A program made the translations under genes and the position numbers. From positions 1 through 59,936 of the IMG/VR virus record IMGVR_UViG_3300006735_005664: a DNA stretch of 59,936 bases; one strand, 5' to 3'. Positions 31,069-41,057 of the stretch are shown here, piece after piece. Each line of letters begins with the position of its first letter. Within the stretch, counting starts at the first letter, position 1. The notes beneath the pieces were generated by a model, which was given only the letters and a program-made list of their open reading frames with translations, did not search any database and was not told where the DNA came from. The stretch is from a virus (lineage: Duplodnaviria; Caudoviricetes).

Positions 31069-34000
31069 ATGGCAAAATGTTTTAATAGAAATACACCGGA
31101 GTATCAAGCTCTTCAAGAAAAATTTGAAACAACTACTGTTACAAATAGTGTTATAAATGCTTGGCAAGTAGTTAACAATTCAGATGCTATACCTACAATT
31201 TATCAAGCAGAAAAATTTACCTCAAAACAAAAGGCTTTTAAAAGTCTTGGTACAAACGCTTTAAAAGATGCTGTCTTAAATAACTTAAGAAGAAAAAAAC
31301 TTATAAGTAAACTATATGGAAGATACTATATAAACAATTCAGCACCTCAAGCATTTGAATCTGATCCTGCTGTACTAAAAGCTAACACAGATAAAGTAAT
31401 GCAGATGTTAGATTGGTGGGGTGTAAATCTAGACTCTGTTATAATAACTCCAACCCAAAAATCTGTTAGAATAGATATTAATGCAAATGAAATTGGAGTT
31501 AATGATGCTGTACTTCAATCTAAAGATAGTACACATTTACCAGATATAATTTCTCATTTAACAAGATTATTTCCAGACGTTAACATTATGACAATGGAAG
31601 TTCAAGAGGCAGAAAAATATTATAATTCATTACCACAATTTAGATATCTTCAAGAAAGAGTTAAAGATTTTAATAAGGTTAGAAGTTTTTATGATGGAAA
31701 CGGTAATGCTGTCCTTATTAAAGGAAGGGTTAATTCAGAAATAGCAATAGAAGAAGTGTTACATCCTTTCATTAATTCTCTTGCTATGGATAAACCTACT
31801 TTGTTTGACAATTTAACAAGAGAAGCTAGGGCAAACTTTCCCAAACTACGTCAAGAAATTGATGATGCTTACAATAATGATCTAGGTTTTACACAAGAAG
31901 ATAGAAATAGAGAGCTTGTTACCCAATCATTATCTAGATATTTTAAAAGAGAATATGAAACACAACCAACACAAAGTTGGAAGTCTCAAGTTAAGCTCTT
32001 ATTAAAATGGTTAATGGATATAATTAATGATCTTAGCAGATATGTAGTTGGATCTGATTTAAAATTACGTCCAGGTATGATAGACAATAGAACTACAATG
32101 TCTGATATTGCTAAGCTTTTAAATACAGGAGACTTAGAATTTGTACTTGGAGATGATATTGGAAGAGATAGAAAAGTATTTCATAAACTTACTGATAGAT
32201 TACAAAAAGTCTTAGACTACCAATTAGAACAAGCAGAAACAGAGTATCAAGGAGAGATAGCAGAAAGATTATTTAATATTAAAACTGATAAAACAGAGTT
32301 TGATGATTTTACTGTAGGGCTATCAGGTAATCCAAACTATCCTTTGTTAATGTTAAATAGAGCAGATCATAAGTATATAAATCCAGATAGTTTAATGGAA
32401 TTTAATGGCTTAACAAGTAAGATTGGTGGTCATATGTCTAAAAGTTATAAAATAAAAGATGGCCAAACAATACAAGATATACTTAAAGAAAATGATATAG
32501 AAAATATAGATGATGTTATAGAACTGAATCCTATAGGATTAGACATATTAAATCTTGAAGATGCTGAGGGAAATACATTAACAGAAATTTTTATACCTGA
32601 AACAGATTATCAAACTAATATAGATATTGGTAATGATTTTGATTCCTTAGTAGAAGCATATCTTTTAGATGAACCTATTGATACAGTAGACCTTAAGGTT
32701 GTAGATAAAAAAGTTGCAATAGAGTTTACTAAACAAATGTCTAATAGACTTGAAGGTATTAGAAGAGGAGGTGGAATTTTAATTCCTCAAGTTGTTGTGT
32801 CAGATGGTGCCTCAAGAACAGGAAGTGCTGTAGATTTATTGCTTATACAACCCGATGGATCAATAAATATTATAGATCTAAAGACAAGTAAGAATGAAAT
32901 ATTTGATGTTAATGAAAATGGAGAATTAAAATATGATATAAAATATCCTGTAAAATATGGAAGTATTTTTTATAATGAATCTCTTCCTCACAACAAACAA
33001 GTAAAGCTTTCTAAAAGACAGCAACATAATCTTCAGGTTAATGCTTATTCTCAAATTCTTAAAAATCAAGGTCATAATGTTACCAAAGCAACCACCTTGC
33101 ATGTTCATACACCTACTGTTGGTGAAAAGAAAAATCAAAGGTATACACAAAACTTTACTATAGAAAGAGAAATAAACCATATGGAAACTGCAGATGTACA
33201 ACTACCAGATGGTACATTTGCTGGTGAACAATTAATTGCACCTGGAATAGATCCTCAAGCTGAAAAGAAAATGGAGGATATAGCTAGAAAAACTGGACAA
33301 ACTTTAGAAGATGTTTCTGAAAGTGAAAAGATAGCAGAAGAACAAGCACAAACGCATGCAACAGAACAAGCTATAACAGGATTATTAACAGACTTTTCAA
33401 CAGCCTTAGTTACAAGAAAAGATGCTGTTAAAAAAATAAGAAATCAAGCAGTTTTATTACGAGACAAACAAGAGATATTAAATGATATAGACAATGTAAC
33501 AACACAAATTAATATTGCAGTAATAGAAGGCAGGGTGGGACCTTTATATACACAGCTACTTAAACAGTCTATTGATATGATGGATGAGTTTATAGTATTT
33601 GCTAATGATCCTAATAATTGGGGTAAAGAAGAGTTTATTGGTAAAGTATTAAACTTTCAATCCATGGTTAATACATATATAGGATTGACTAAAATAAAAA
33701 ATGTAAAAGGTCTTAAGCGTGAACAATCAGATGCAGTACTAAAACTTATAGAAAGATTAAACACTATTAATGGTGTGTCTGATGGATTAAATAATATTAA
33801 AGAAGGTGAAGAAGGATTAATAAATCAGTCTATTGATAATTATGTTAAAACATATGTATCTGAAAACTCTAATAAAGATTTTACTAAAGACGAATTAGAA
33901 GATCTTCTTAGGTTAGGAAAAGACATTGGTATGATTGAATATCAAACAGGTGATATGGCTACATCTTCTGATACTATATTAGCACTAATGGATAAAATCT

Positions 34001-36843
34001 TTAAACAAAAAAGACAAGAAGTTCTTGATAAGATTGCAGATAGAGAAGATATGATTAGAGAAAAGGCAATGAAGCTTCAAAAATTTTATCCTACTAATAA
34101 AGTTAATTATGACTTTATGTTGGTAATGGGACCTGATGGCATACCTACAGGAAACTATGTTACTAAAATGGGACAAAAGTATGTTAAGATGGAAGAAGTT
34201 CTTGCTGATAAATTAAAAGATGAGGTTGGTGATCCTTTGGAATATGTTGTAAAAGACAATAAAGAAGATTACACAAATGCAGAATTAGAATATAATAGAA
34301 AGCTTTTTGAAGATAGACAAGCATTTAGAAATTTTAAACAAGCAGAAACTCAATATAATGGTGAGCTATTAGACGGTGATTATCATAAATATACTGATGA
34401 ATTTAAAGAAGAAAGAAAAAAATATATGGTTTGGGTTGTTAATCCTAACACTGATAGAGGAAGATGGAAAAAAAGAGGTAGAGTTTCTACTGAAGAATAC
34501 ATAAGGTTTAGAACTAAATTTTATGAAAGTAAACCTTTTAAGAAAATGAAAAGAGATAATAATAATCAACCAACAGGTGTAGTAGAAGATGAGGTTGGTA
34601 AATTTATTAAAAGTGAATATGTAGAAGCTAGAGAAATAAGTGGTACTGGAGAAGAAATGAGAAGTGAAAAATACCTAAAACTTCAAAATCCTCAAACAGA
34701 ATTACAGCGGGCTGAAAAAGAATTCTATGATATGTTTGTAGATAACTTTGAAAATGATCTTTTAAAAAAATTACCCATGCATGTTGCTCAACAAATGTAT
34801 GGAAGAATGCCTTTAATCAAAGATAATCTTTATAAAACTTTAAAAAAGAAAGGTAATTTATTTACTAGACTTTGGTCTAAAACTAAAAACGGTGCCACTA
34901 ATTTATTCACAACTTCACAAAGTAGTAAAATAGTTTTAACAGATGAGAATGGTAGATTTAAAAATACTTTACCTATGTTTTATGTTGGTAAAGTTCAAGA
35001 TGAAAAAACACTTAAACAAATTGACAACAAACTTAATTCTTTAAAGGAGCAATATAACGCCAAGCAAATCAGTGAAAGTGAGTATAAAGAACAAACTGGA
35101 GATCTTATAGACAAAAGACAGAGACTTCAGGCAAGACCTAAAGCAGAAGAGCTTAGTACAGATATGGCAGATAATCTTATGAGATTTAGTTCTATGGCTG
35201 AAAATTATGAAGTTATGAGTGGTATTGAAGATACACTTAGCTCTATGATTAAAGTTTTAGAAAGGAGAGAATATGCTCCAGCAGGTTCTTCAAAAATTAA
35301 AACTTATATTAAAGGTAGACTTAAAGAAGTGGGTATAAAAGGAAGAGACACTAATACTTCAGAGCCTAATATTGTTAGAAGGGCTAGAAAGTGGATGGAG
35401 ATGGTATATTATGATAATGATGAAAAAAGTCAAAACTTTTTTGATAAAGTTGCTAAAGGTTTAATTAATTATACATCCTTAACTTATGTTGGTTTTAACC
35501 CTTGGGGTAATATAAATAACTATGCTATAGGTAGATTAAATAATATGATTGAAACTGTAGGTGGTTTATACTTTGAAGGTGCAGCAATGAGAAGAGCAAC
35601 TAAAGAATTTAATACTAGAATGATACCTGACTTTATGAAAAGGATGGCTGGCAAAACAGCTCTTAATGATGTACTAGGTATGAGCCCTAGTGATTATGCT
35701 AAATTGAAACCAGGAAGTAAATATGAAGCTCTTGTAGATCTTTTTAGAATGATGGATGATAAGGCAGATATACGAGAACAAGGTCAGTTATCAGGAAAAG
35801 AATCTACTTTTAGAAGAGTGTCTGGTTGGGGTTATATTTTAAATGATAGCTTTGAGTTTAATGTACAGAGTAAAGTGGGTATGGCTATACTAATGTCTAC
35901 TAAAGTAAAAAATAGTAAGACAGGTGATGTTATATCTTTATTTGATGCTTATCAATATAATCAACAAACCGGTGAACTTACTATGAAAGAAGGTTTTGAT
36001 ACTGTTATAGATTTCAAAACAAAGAAAGAAAAGAAAATGTCAGATAATGTTAGGTATGATATTAGAAATAACATACGTGAAGTTAATAAACAGATACATG
36101 GTAACTATGCTTATGAAGATAGAATGGTTATGCAGTCTAGTTCATTAGGACAATTAGCGGCACAATTTCATAAATGGATTGCACCGGCTATTAAAGCAAG
36201 ATATAGATCAGAATATTTTGATGAAAATTTAGGATGGGTTGAAGGTAGATATAGAACATTCTGGAGTTTTATGCTTCATACAGTTAAACATGTTGGTAGA
36301 GCTAAAGAAGCTGAAAAAGAATGGAAAGCAGATCAACATCCTGACAAAGTCAATATGAAATTAAGAAACATATATAGAACTACAGGGGAGTTGTCTTTAA
36401 TTGTACTTACTTTAATGATGAAAATGATTTTTTCAGGTTTATATGATCCTGAAGATGAAGATAAATCTGCAACAAGAAAAAGAGCAGAAAATGCTATCAT
36501 GTATCAATTAGATAGACAAAGAAGAGAGATGTCACAATTTTTACCTATAATAGGTTTTGCTGATGCATATATGATGATGAAGTCTCCAATCTCTTCTACT
36601 AGAATGCTTGGAGAAATGGCAGAGGCTTTAATGACTATGATTCAAACACCAATGGTTTTAACTGGTGCAGCTATTTCAGGAAACATGGATGATATAAAAT
36701 TAGATAAAAGAATTTATTACCAAAGAGGAAATAGAAAAGGACAATTAAGAATGAAAAAAGAATGGATGGATGTGTTTCCTATTCTTTATGCTCTTAATAG
36801 ATGGCTTTCATATGATAAAGTTAAAAACTTTCATGTTAAATAA
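31069..36843 (+). CDS. Large virion protein downstream of vRNAP with degenerate zincin and PD-(D/E)XK nuclease domain
   Basis: 1924 aa; AIEEVLHPF...ELVTQ (zincin-like, first His lost); TGSAVDLLLIQPDGSINIIDLKTSK...QVNAYSQIL nuclease motif (~32820-33060). Confidence 0.75.
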   Translation: MAKCFNRNTPEYQALQEKFETTTVTNSVINAWQVVNNSDAIPTIYQAEKFTSKQKAFKSLGTNALKDAVLNNLRRKKLISKLYGRYYINNSAPQAFESDPAVLKANTDKVMQMLDWWGVNLDSVIITPTQKSVRIDINANEIGVNDAVLQSKDSTHLPDIISHLTRLFPDVNIMTMEVQEAEKYYNSLPQFRYLQERVKDFNKVRSFYDGNGNAVLIKGRVNSEIAIEEVLHPFINSLAMDKPTLFDNLTREARANFPKLRQEIDDAYNNDLGFTQEDRNRELVTQSLSRYFKREYETQPTQSWKSQVKLLLKWLMDIINDLSRYVVGSDLKLRPGMIDNRTTMSDIAKLLNTGDLEFVLGDDIGRDRKVFHKLTDRLQKVLDYQLEQAETEYQGEIAERLFNIKTDKTEFDDFTVGLSGNPNYPLLMLNRADHKYINPDSLMEFNGLTSKIGGHMSKSYKIKDGQTIQDILKENDIENIDDVIELNPIGLDILNLEDAEGNTLTEIFIPETDYQTNIDIGNDFDSLVEAYLLDEPIDTVDLKVVDKKVAIEFTKQMSNRLEGIRRGGGILIPQVVVSDGASRTGSAVDLLLIQPDGSINIIDLKTSKNEIFDVNENGELKYDIKYPVKYGSIFYNESLPHNKQVKLSKRQQHNLQVNAYSQILKNQGHNVTKATTLHVHTPTVGEKKNQRYTQNFTIEREINHMETADVQLPDGTFAGEQLIAPGIDPQAEKKMEDIARKTGQTLEDVSESEKIAEEQAQTHATEQAITGLLTDFSTALVTRKDAVKKIRNQAVLLRDKQEILNDIDNVTTQINIAVIEGRVGPLYTQLLKQSIDMMDEFIVFANDPNNWGKEEFIGKVLNFQSMVNTYIGLTKIKNVKGLKREQSDAVLKLIERLNTINGVSDGLNNIKEGEEGLINQSIDNYVKTYVSENSNKDFTKDELEDLLRLGKDIGMIEYQTGDMATSSDTILALMDKIFKQKRQEVLDKIADREDMIREKAMKLQKFYPTNKVNYDFMLVMGPDGIPTGNYVTKMGQKYVKMEEVLADKLKDEVGDPLEYVVKDNKEDYTNAELEYNRKLFEDRQAFRNFKQAETQYNGELLDGDYHKYTDEFKEERKKYMVWVVNPNTDRGRWKKRGRVSTEEYIRFRTKFYESKPFKKMKRDNNNQPTGVVEDEVGKFIKSEYVEAREISGTGEEMRSEKYLKLQNPQTELQRAEKEFYDMFVDNFENDLLKKLPMHVAQQMYGRMPLIKDNLYKTLKKKGNLFTRLWSKTKNGATNLFTTSQSSKIVLTDENGRFKNTLPMFYVGKVQDEKTLKQIDNKLNSLKEQYNAKQISESEYKEQTGDLIDKRQRLQARPKAEELSTDMADNLMRFSSMAENYEVMSGIEDTLSSMIKVLERREYAPAGSSKIKTYIKGRLKEVGIKGRDTNTSEPNIVRRARKWMEMVYYDNDEKSQNFFDKVAKGLINYTSLTYVGFNPWGNINNYAIGRLNNMIETVGGLYFEGAAMRRATKEFNTRMIPDFMKRMAGKTALNDVLGMSPSDYAKLKPGSKYEALVDLFRMMDDKADIREQGQLSGKESTFRRVSGWGYILNDSFEFNVQSKVGMAILMSTKVKNSKTGDVISLFDAYQYNQQTGELTMKEGFDTVIDFKTKKEKKMSDNVRYDIRNNIREVNKQIHGNYAYEDRMVMQSSSLGQLAAQFHKWIAPAIKARYRSEYFDENLGWVEGRYRTFWSFMLHTVKHVGRAKEAEKEWKADQHPDKVNMKLRNIYRTTGELSLIVLTLMMKMIFSGLYDPEDEDKSATRKRAENAIMYQLDRQRREMSQFLPIIGFADAYMMMKSPISSTRMLGEMAEALMTMIQTPMVLTGAAISGNMDDIKLDKRIYYQRGNRKGQLRMKKEWMDVFPILYALNRWLSYDKVKNFHVK

Positions 36844-36844
36844 T

Positions 36845-36884
36845 TTAACATAAGCTTAACATAAAACTTACAGATAATTAACAA
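36845..36884 (+). promoter_or_regulatory. Four direct repeats at 11-bp period (TTAACAT, TTAACAT, CTTACAG, TTAACAA); OmpR/PhoB-family-like operator
   Basis: Units start at 36845, 36856, 36867 and 36878, just upstream of TATCTTAT (36893-36900) and the ATG at 36905. Confidence 0.5.
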
Positions 36885-36904
36885 GAGTTCACTATCTTAT
36901 ATAT

Positions 36905-36979
36905 ATGAAGATAGATGTAACTCCATATATTTATATACTACTGATAGTGTCAGTTTTTACATTAGGAATATGCCTATAA
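36905..36979 (+). CDS. 24-aa hydrophobic peptide (MKIDVTPYIYILLIVSVFTLGICL)
   Basis: Translated by hand; a single TM-like stretch; ATG 4 nt after a promoter-like octamer; overlaps the next small ORF. Confidence 0.4.
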   Translation: MKIDVTPYIYILLIVSVFTLGICL

Positions 36980-37140
36980 ACAAAAAGATTCTTAAAATAA
37001 CTAAAGAAGAGTATGATAAACTTAATAAAGAATATTCATATATCTTAGATTTATATATGTCAGATAATACATATTATGTTATTGGAACTTTTGAGGACCT
37101 TAAGGGTGTGGGTCTTGATCCTGGCGTTCCTTTTGTTTAA
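36970..37140 (+). CDS. 56-aa hypothetical protein (MPINKKILKITKEEYDKL...)
   Basis: Translated by hand; fills the gap before the convergent RNR gene; phage-like composition. Confidence 0.55.
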   Translation: MPINKKILKITKEEYDKLNKEYSYILDLYMSDNTYYVIGTFEDLKGVGLDPGVPFV

Positions 37141-37165
37141 AAGGACAATGCCTGCAGCCACTACC

Positions 37166-37198
37166 GCAGCAATATCCCCTTTTACGGTGATATGCTGC
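37166..37198. terminator. GC-rich hairpin between convergent genes
   Basis: GCAGC-A-ATATC ... GATAT-GCTGC stem; no strong T-tract next to it. Confidence 0.35.
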
Positions 37199-37235
37199 AG
37201 TCATAACCATCTTACCTTTTTCAAAATAATAATAC

Positions 37236-39095
37236 TTACTTGACTTCACAAGCACCACCAGCACATGCTAATTCTCCTGTTAAGTTGGTTTCATCATCTT
37301 GTTCAACAATCTTAGATAGATCAATGTCCATTAATGATTTAACCATTTCATTATATTTCTTTTTAGTAATATCTTCAAACGGAGCTTGTGTATATGTACC
37401 ACCATCATATGGTAGAACAGCAAGACCATTGTAGTGATCTCTATTTTTCCACATCCAGTCACCAGCTAAGTCCCAGTCTTCATCTTTTAAACTAATTGTA
37501 GCAGAAACATTATGAGTATTAGACCCAGTTCTATGTCCAGTCTTTACCCATTCAGTTGCTACTTTCTTTACTCTCTCCAATAATTGGAAAGCAGATTCAG
37601 TTCTTAAGATAGAGCCTTCCGGGGCTTTTTGGGGTATACTTATAACTGCAGTGTCATGACCCCGGAAAACACAATCTTCTACTAGATCAGGATGATTCTT
37701 AGCAAGATAACCATATATAGCTTCATTCTTTCCTACACGGATTCTTCTTACATAGTAATCATTATGCCAAGCATGAATACCAGAACTTGTACCTAAAGTT
37801 AATGATGTTGTACCAGCAGGTTTTACTGTTGTGCATCTAGCTGCCTTCTTAATTCCAATTAATTTAGCTACTCTTGCATTCTCTTTCTTTACCACAGAAG
37901 CGGCTACCTTCATGTCATAACCAAGTATTCTACCAGATCCTATACCAGTCATAGAAACACCAATCAATGCATCTTTTTCTGTAGTCTCTTGCCATACTGG
38001 TCTGAGATAGTGGAAGTTAGTGTATCCTGCTTGAAGTGTTCCTATAAATGCAGCAGCCTTAACTCTTGACTCTAAGTCTTCTTGAGATTCAATATTACTT
38101 ACATTAACTTCACAAAGGTTACAGAACTGAAAGGGACGTAGAGCAATTTCACAACAAGGGTTTGTACCCCAGTCTTTATCATTGTTAAAGTAAATACCAG
38201 GTTCACCGGCTTTACTCAACTCTACTCTTTTCCATAAATCCATAAAGAAAGACTTAGTTATTTTATGTCTCATTAATACTGCAGAGTTATTAGCTCTACC
38301 ACGTTGTGGATTAAGTTCCCACCAAGCACCAGCCTTACAAGATATCATTTCATCATCAGCAGCACTAAACAAACTAATTAACGCAGCTCTTCTAATCCCA
38401 CCAGCTAATACAGCATCTGCAATGTGACAAATTATATCATGTGTTTCTAATGTAGACAATGCGTCTCCATCTTCTTTATTATCTAGTATACCTGTGATCT
38501 TGAGTATGCATTCTTTTAATGGTTGTGGTCCAGGAGCTTTACCACCTGATGTTACTAGTCTTGCTCCTTTAGGTCTAATATCTGAATAGTCAAATAGTAT
38601 ACGTGACCCTTTACCGTTTAAGTATGACTTCATTAACATCTTAATAGCATCTGCCCATCCTTCAATAGAGTCACTAATTAAATAACGCCTAGTTCTTTTT
38701 GGATATGGTTTGTTTATTAATGGAAGCTTATCCACATGATGTCTTTGTACAGAGTAACCAACACCGGTTCCTCCAAGTAATAAGAACATGGTTTCACTAA
38801 ATGCATCTATATGATCTATAGGAAGGTATGCACAGTTATATATTCTATTAGGACTAATCTCAATTGGTTTACCACCAAACTGCATGGACCTCATAGAAGG
38901 TAATACTTTCTTTTCACTAACATAACTATAAGCAGTTATGATTTCATTCATAAGCTTTGGGTATGATTTAATATGCATTTCCATATTTCTTGTGACTAAC
39001 TCTTTCCAAGTCTCTCTTCTCTTTAATTCTGGATTATACCGTGCATATTTCATATGGACAGTGATATCACTAAGAATTTTGTTATTTAATTCCAT
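37236..39095 (-). CDS. nrdJ: Class II (adenosylcobalamin-dependent) ribonucleotide reductase, monomeric type
   Basis: YNCAY, GGIRRAA, GTNPCCEI, TVKPAGT and C-terminal CAGGAC motifs; 619 aa; no beta subunit nearby. Confidence 0.92.
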   Translation of the reverse strand: MELNNKILSDITVHMKYARYNPELKRRETWKELVTRNMEMHIKSYPKLMNEIITAYSYVSEKKVLPSMRSMQFGGKPIEISPNRIYNCAYLPIDHIDAFSETMFLLLGGTGVGYSVQRHHVDKLPLINKPYPKRTRRYLISDSIEGWADAIKMLMKSYLNGKGSRILFDYSDIRPKGARLVTSGGKAPGPQPLKECILKITGILDNKEDGDALSTLETHDIICHIADAVLAGGIRRAALISLFSAADDEMISCKAGAWWELNPQRGRANNSAVLMRHKITKSFFMDLWKRVELSKAGEPGIYFNNDKDWGTNPCCEIALRPFQFCNLCEVNVSNIESQEDLESRVKAAAFIGTLQAGYTNFHYLRPVWQETTEKDALIGVSMTGIGSGRILGYDMKVAASVVKKENARVAKLIGIKKAARCTTVKPAGTTSLTLGTSSGIHAWHNDYYVRRIRVGKNEAIYGYLAKNHPDLVEDCVFRGHDTAVISIPQKAPEGSILRTESAFQLLERVKKVATEWVKTGHRTGSNTHNVSATISLKDEDWDLAGDWMWKNRDHYNGLAVLPYDGGTYTQAPFEDITKKKYNEMVKSLMDIDLSKIVEQDDETNLTGELACAGGACEVK

Positions 39096-39148
39096 GTTTT
39101 AATATTTAATAGTTAATAAATGTAGCTCCCTGAGATAAACAGGTAATA

Positions 39149-39156
39149 ATAATATA
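39149..39156 (-). promoter_or_regulatory. Putative promoter octamer TATATTAT upstream of nrdJ
   Basis: Minus strand reads TTTTTGAC-TATATTAT-TAT, the same motif as at 5412, 40736 and 48339. Confidence 0.4.
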
Positions 39157-39164
39157 GTCAAAAA

Positions 39165-39338
39165 TTATGAGTTATATTTGACGTAAGTGAAATTTATTTT
39201 AAAAAATAAAAAACCCAATTCAATTTGTAGTGCTGGATGCCATTTTTTATCTTCAAATTGCATTTCACAATTATGAATATAGAGTCCAATTAAAGGACTT
39301 TGTGGAAGTGGTTCAATACCAAATTCATATCTTTTCAT
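39165..39338 (-). CDS. 57-aa hypothetical protein (MKRYEFGIEPLPQSP...)
   Basis: Translated by hand; preceded on the minus strand by TATATTTG (39389-39396). Confidence 0.55.
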   Translation of the reverse strand: MKRYEFGIEPLPQSPLIGLYIHNCEMQFEDKKWHPALQIELGFLFFKINFTYVKYNS

Positions 39339-39360
39339 ATAGTTGATTTTTAATTGATTG

Positions 39361-39396
39361 TTATTTTTTGTATATTGTATTTATAATACAAATATA
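39361..39396. promoter_or_regulatory. Overlapping opposite-strand promoters: + strand TTTTTTG-TATATTGT (39371-39378) and - strand TATATTTG (39389-39396)
   Basis: Located at the strand switch between divergent genes; TAnnTTTG is the Bacteroidota -7 promoter element. Confidence 0.5.
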
Positions 39397-39410
39397 ATAA
39401 AATAAACGTT

Positions 39411-39743
39411 ATGGTAAAAGTAAGTCAAGGGGCTGATCACAAACTAGAAATACTAGCAGAAATTGGAAGGTCTTTAAAACAATTAGAGTTTGGAACTCAA
39501 GGTGCTAAACTAATAAATGATACAGCAACCGATGCACATACTGAAGGTTTTTATGCAATACAAGCAATTAATTCTTGTGTATTAGACTTTACAAGTGGTG
39601 CATCTACTCAAAGTAAAGTTGGAACAGGAATGAAAGGTTTTGATGCAAATCTTTCAATACCAAATGGAGTAATTGTATATGGTGATTTTACAAAAATTAC
39701 TTTAGCTTCTGCTGGAACTTGTATAGCTTATTTTAATAAATAA
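39411..39743 (+). CDS. Small beta-rich protein, probably virion structural
   Basis: 110 aa, Gly/Thr/Ala-rich; first gene of the + strand island. Confidence 0.6.
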   Translation: MVKVSQGADHKLEILAEIGRSLKQLEFGTQGAKLINDTATDAHTEGFYAIQAINSCVLDFTSGASTQSKVGTGMKGFDANLSIPNGVIVYGDFTKITLASAGTCIAYFNK

Positions 39744-39746
39744 ATT

Positions 39747-40712
39747 ATGTCAGGAATAGGAATAGGTATTGGAGTTCACAAAAATACAATAATTAGTGAT
39801 CCTGGAAGAATTGTTGTACCACCAGTAGCTTTAGTTGGATGGTGGGATTTTACAAAAATAGAAACATTATTTGTAAGTAGAGCGGGAACTACTGCTGTAA
39901 CTAGTAATGGTGATGAAATAGGTTGGGTAAAAAATATTGCTCCTGGTGATGGAAATGGAGATAAATTAGGTGCTTTTTTAAGATCTACAACTGATACTTC
40001 TACTCATAGACCTGTTTTTAAAACAGGAGGTGTAAATGGTAACAGTTATGCTGATTTTGGTGTTGACGGTTCTGTTACTAGTCAAATAGGTTTAAGAGCT
40101 GGTTATTTTGATACTGCAGCTTGTAATTTAGATGGTGGAGAAACAGCAACTAAATTTTCTGATTTAAATCTAAATATGGAAGATTGCACAATGTTTGTAG
40201 TAGCTAAACATGATACTGGAAATTTAGGAACTTCATCTAATGATTATCTAGTAAATTTAAAAGGTTATGGAGGTGGTGGTACTTCAGAGTCTGCAGGTTC
40301 TAATTTTAATTTAGAAAATGCTGGTACTGATTATATACGGTGGAGTTATAGTGATGCATCAGGTTTGGAATCCGTAAGTACTTTTGGTTCAGGTCCAGGA
40401 ACTTCTTTACAATGTTTTACATTGATTGGTGGAGAAGGAACAAATGCAATGCAGTTAGAAATTGATGGGACTCAAGAAGATCAAGATGATAGTAAAGAGG
40501 TTACAATAAATTTTTCAAAAGAAGATACCGCTATTGGTGGATCTCCACGTGTATCTGTAGGATCTTATGTTATTCAACCTACAGGTGCTACAAGTAGCAC
40601 ATGGCAAGGAGATGTATATGAAGTTATGATTTACAAAGGTCTTCTTTCAGCAGATCAATTATCAGATGTAGAGACATATATAACAAATAAGTATGGAATA
40701 ACCTTCAGTTAG
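39747..40712 (+). CDS. LamG/concanavalin A-like jelly-roll protein (fibre or receptor-binding candidate)
   Basis: LVGWWDF near the N-terminus, TMFVVAK, and C-terminal WQGDVYEVMIYKGLLSADQLSDVETYITNKYGI typical of LamG-like domains. Confidence 0.7.
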   Translation: MSGIGIGIGVHKNTIISDPGRIVVPPVALVGWWDFTKIETLFVSRAGTTAVTSNGDEIGWVKNIAPGDGNGDKLGAFLRSTTDTSTHRPVFKTGGVNGNSYADFGVDGSVTSQIGLRAGYFDTAACNLDGGETATKFSDLNLNMEDCTMFVVAKHDTGNLGTSSNDYLVNLKGYGGGGTSESAGSNFNLENAGTDYIRWSYSDASGLESVSTFGSGPGTSLQCFTLIGGEGTNAMQLEIDGTQEDQDDSKEVTINFSKEDTAIGGSPRVSVGSYVIQPTGATSSTWQGDVYEVMIYKGLLSADQLSDVETYITNKYGITFS

Positions 40713-40746
40713 TTTTAAAAATCATATTTTTTTATTATATTATTAT
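40710..40746 (+). promoter_or_regulatory. Putative promoter TAGTTTTAAAA...TATATTAT, 3 nt before the ATG
   Basis: TATATTAT at 40736-40743; same architecture as 10971-11008. Confidence 0.45.
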
Positions 40747-41055
40747 ATGGAGCAGTACATCTTTACGGTTATCATTACAGCTTTAACTGTATTATTTAGT
40801 GCAGAAGCGTGGAGATATTATAGATCTAAACTTAATATTAATTATAATAAAGAATCCATGGCTGAAAAAAAAGAAAGAGCATACGTTGATAGTTTAGAAG
40901 GAAGAATCTGTAAATTAGAAGATTTATTAAGTGCAAGTTCAGCAGAAAAAGATGACCTCCGAGATAAAGTAATTGACTTAACAGCTGAAGTTGCTACTCT
41001 ACGTGAAAGAGTTAAATCACTTGAAGCTGAAAATGATAGACTAAAAAGAGTATAA
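40747..41055 (+). CDS. N-terminal membrane anchor plus coiled coil (possible lysis accessory protein)
   Basis: YIFTVIITALTVLFSAEAW followed by a long heptad pattern. Confidence 0.6.
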   Translation: MEQYIFTVIITALTVLFSAEAWRYYRSKLNINYNKESMAEKKERAYVDSLEGRICKLEDLLSASSAEKDDLRDKVIDLTAEVATLRERVKSLEAENDRLKRV

Positions 41056-41057
41056 TT

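Noticed and set aside
4391-34569. Numerous 60-120-aa ORFs nested within the giant + strand genes (mostly antisense, also + 10765 and + 13311)
   Set aside because: They are fully or largely overlapped by long, well-supported genes, have the F/I/S-rich composition typical of shadow frames in AT-rich DNA, and carry no motifs.
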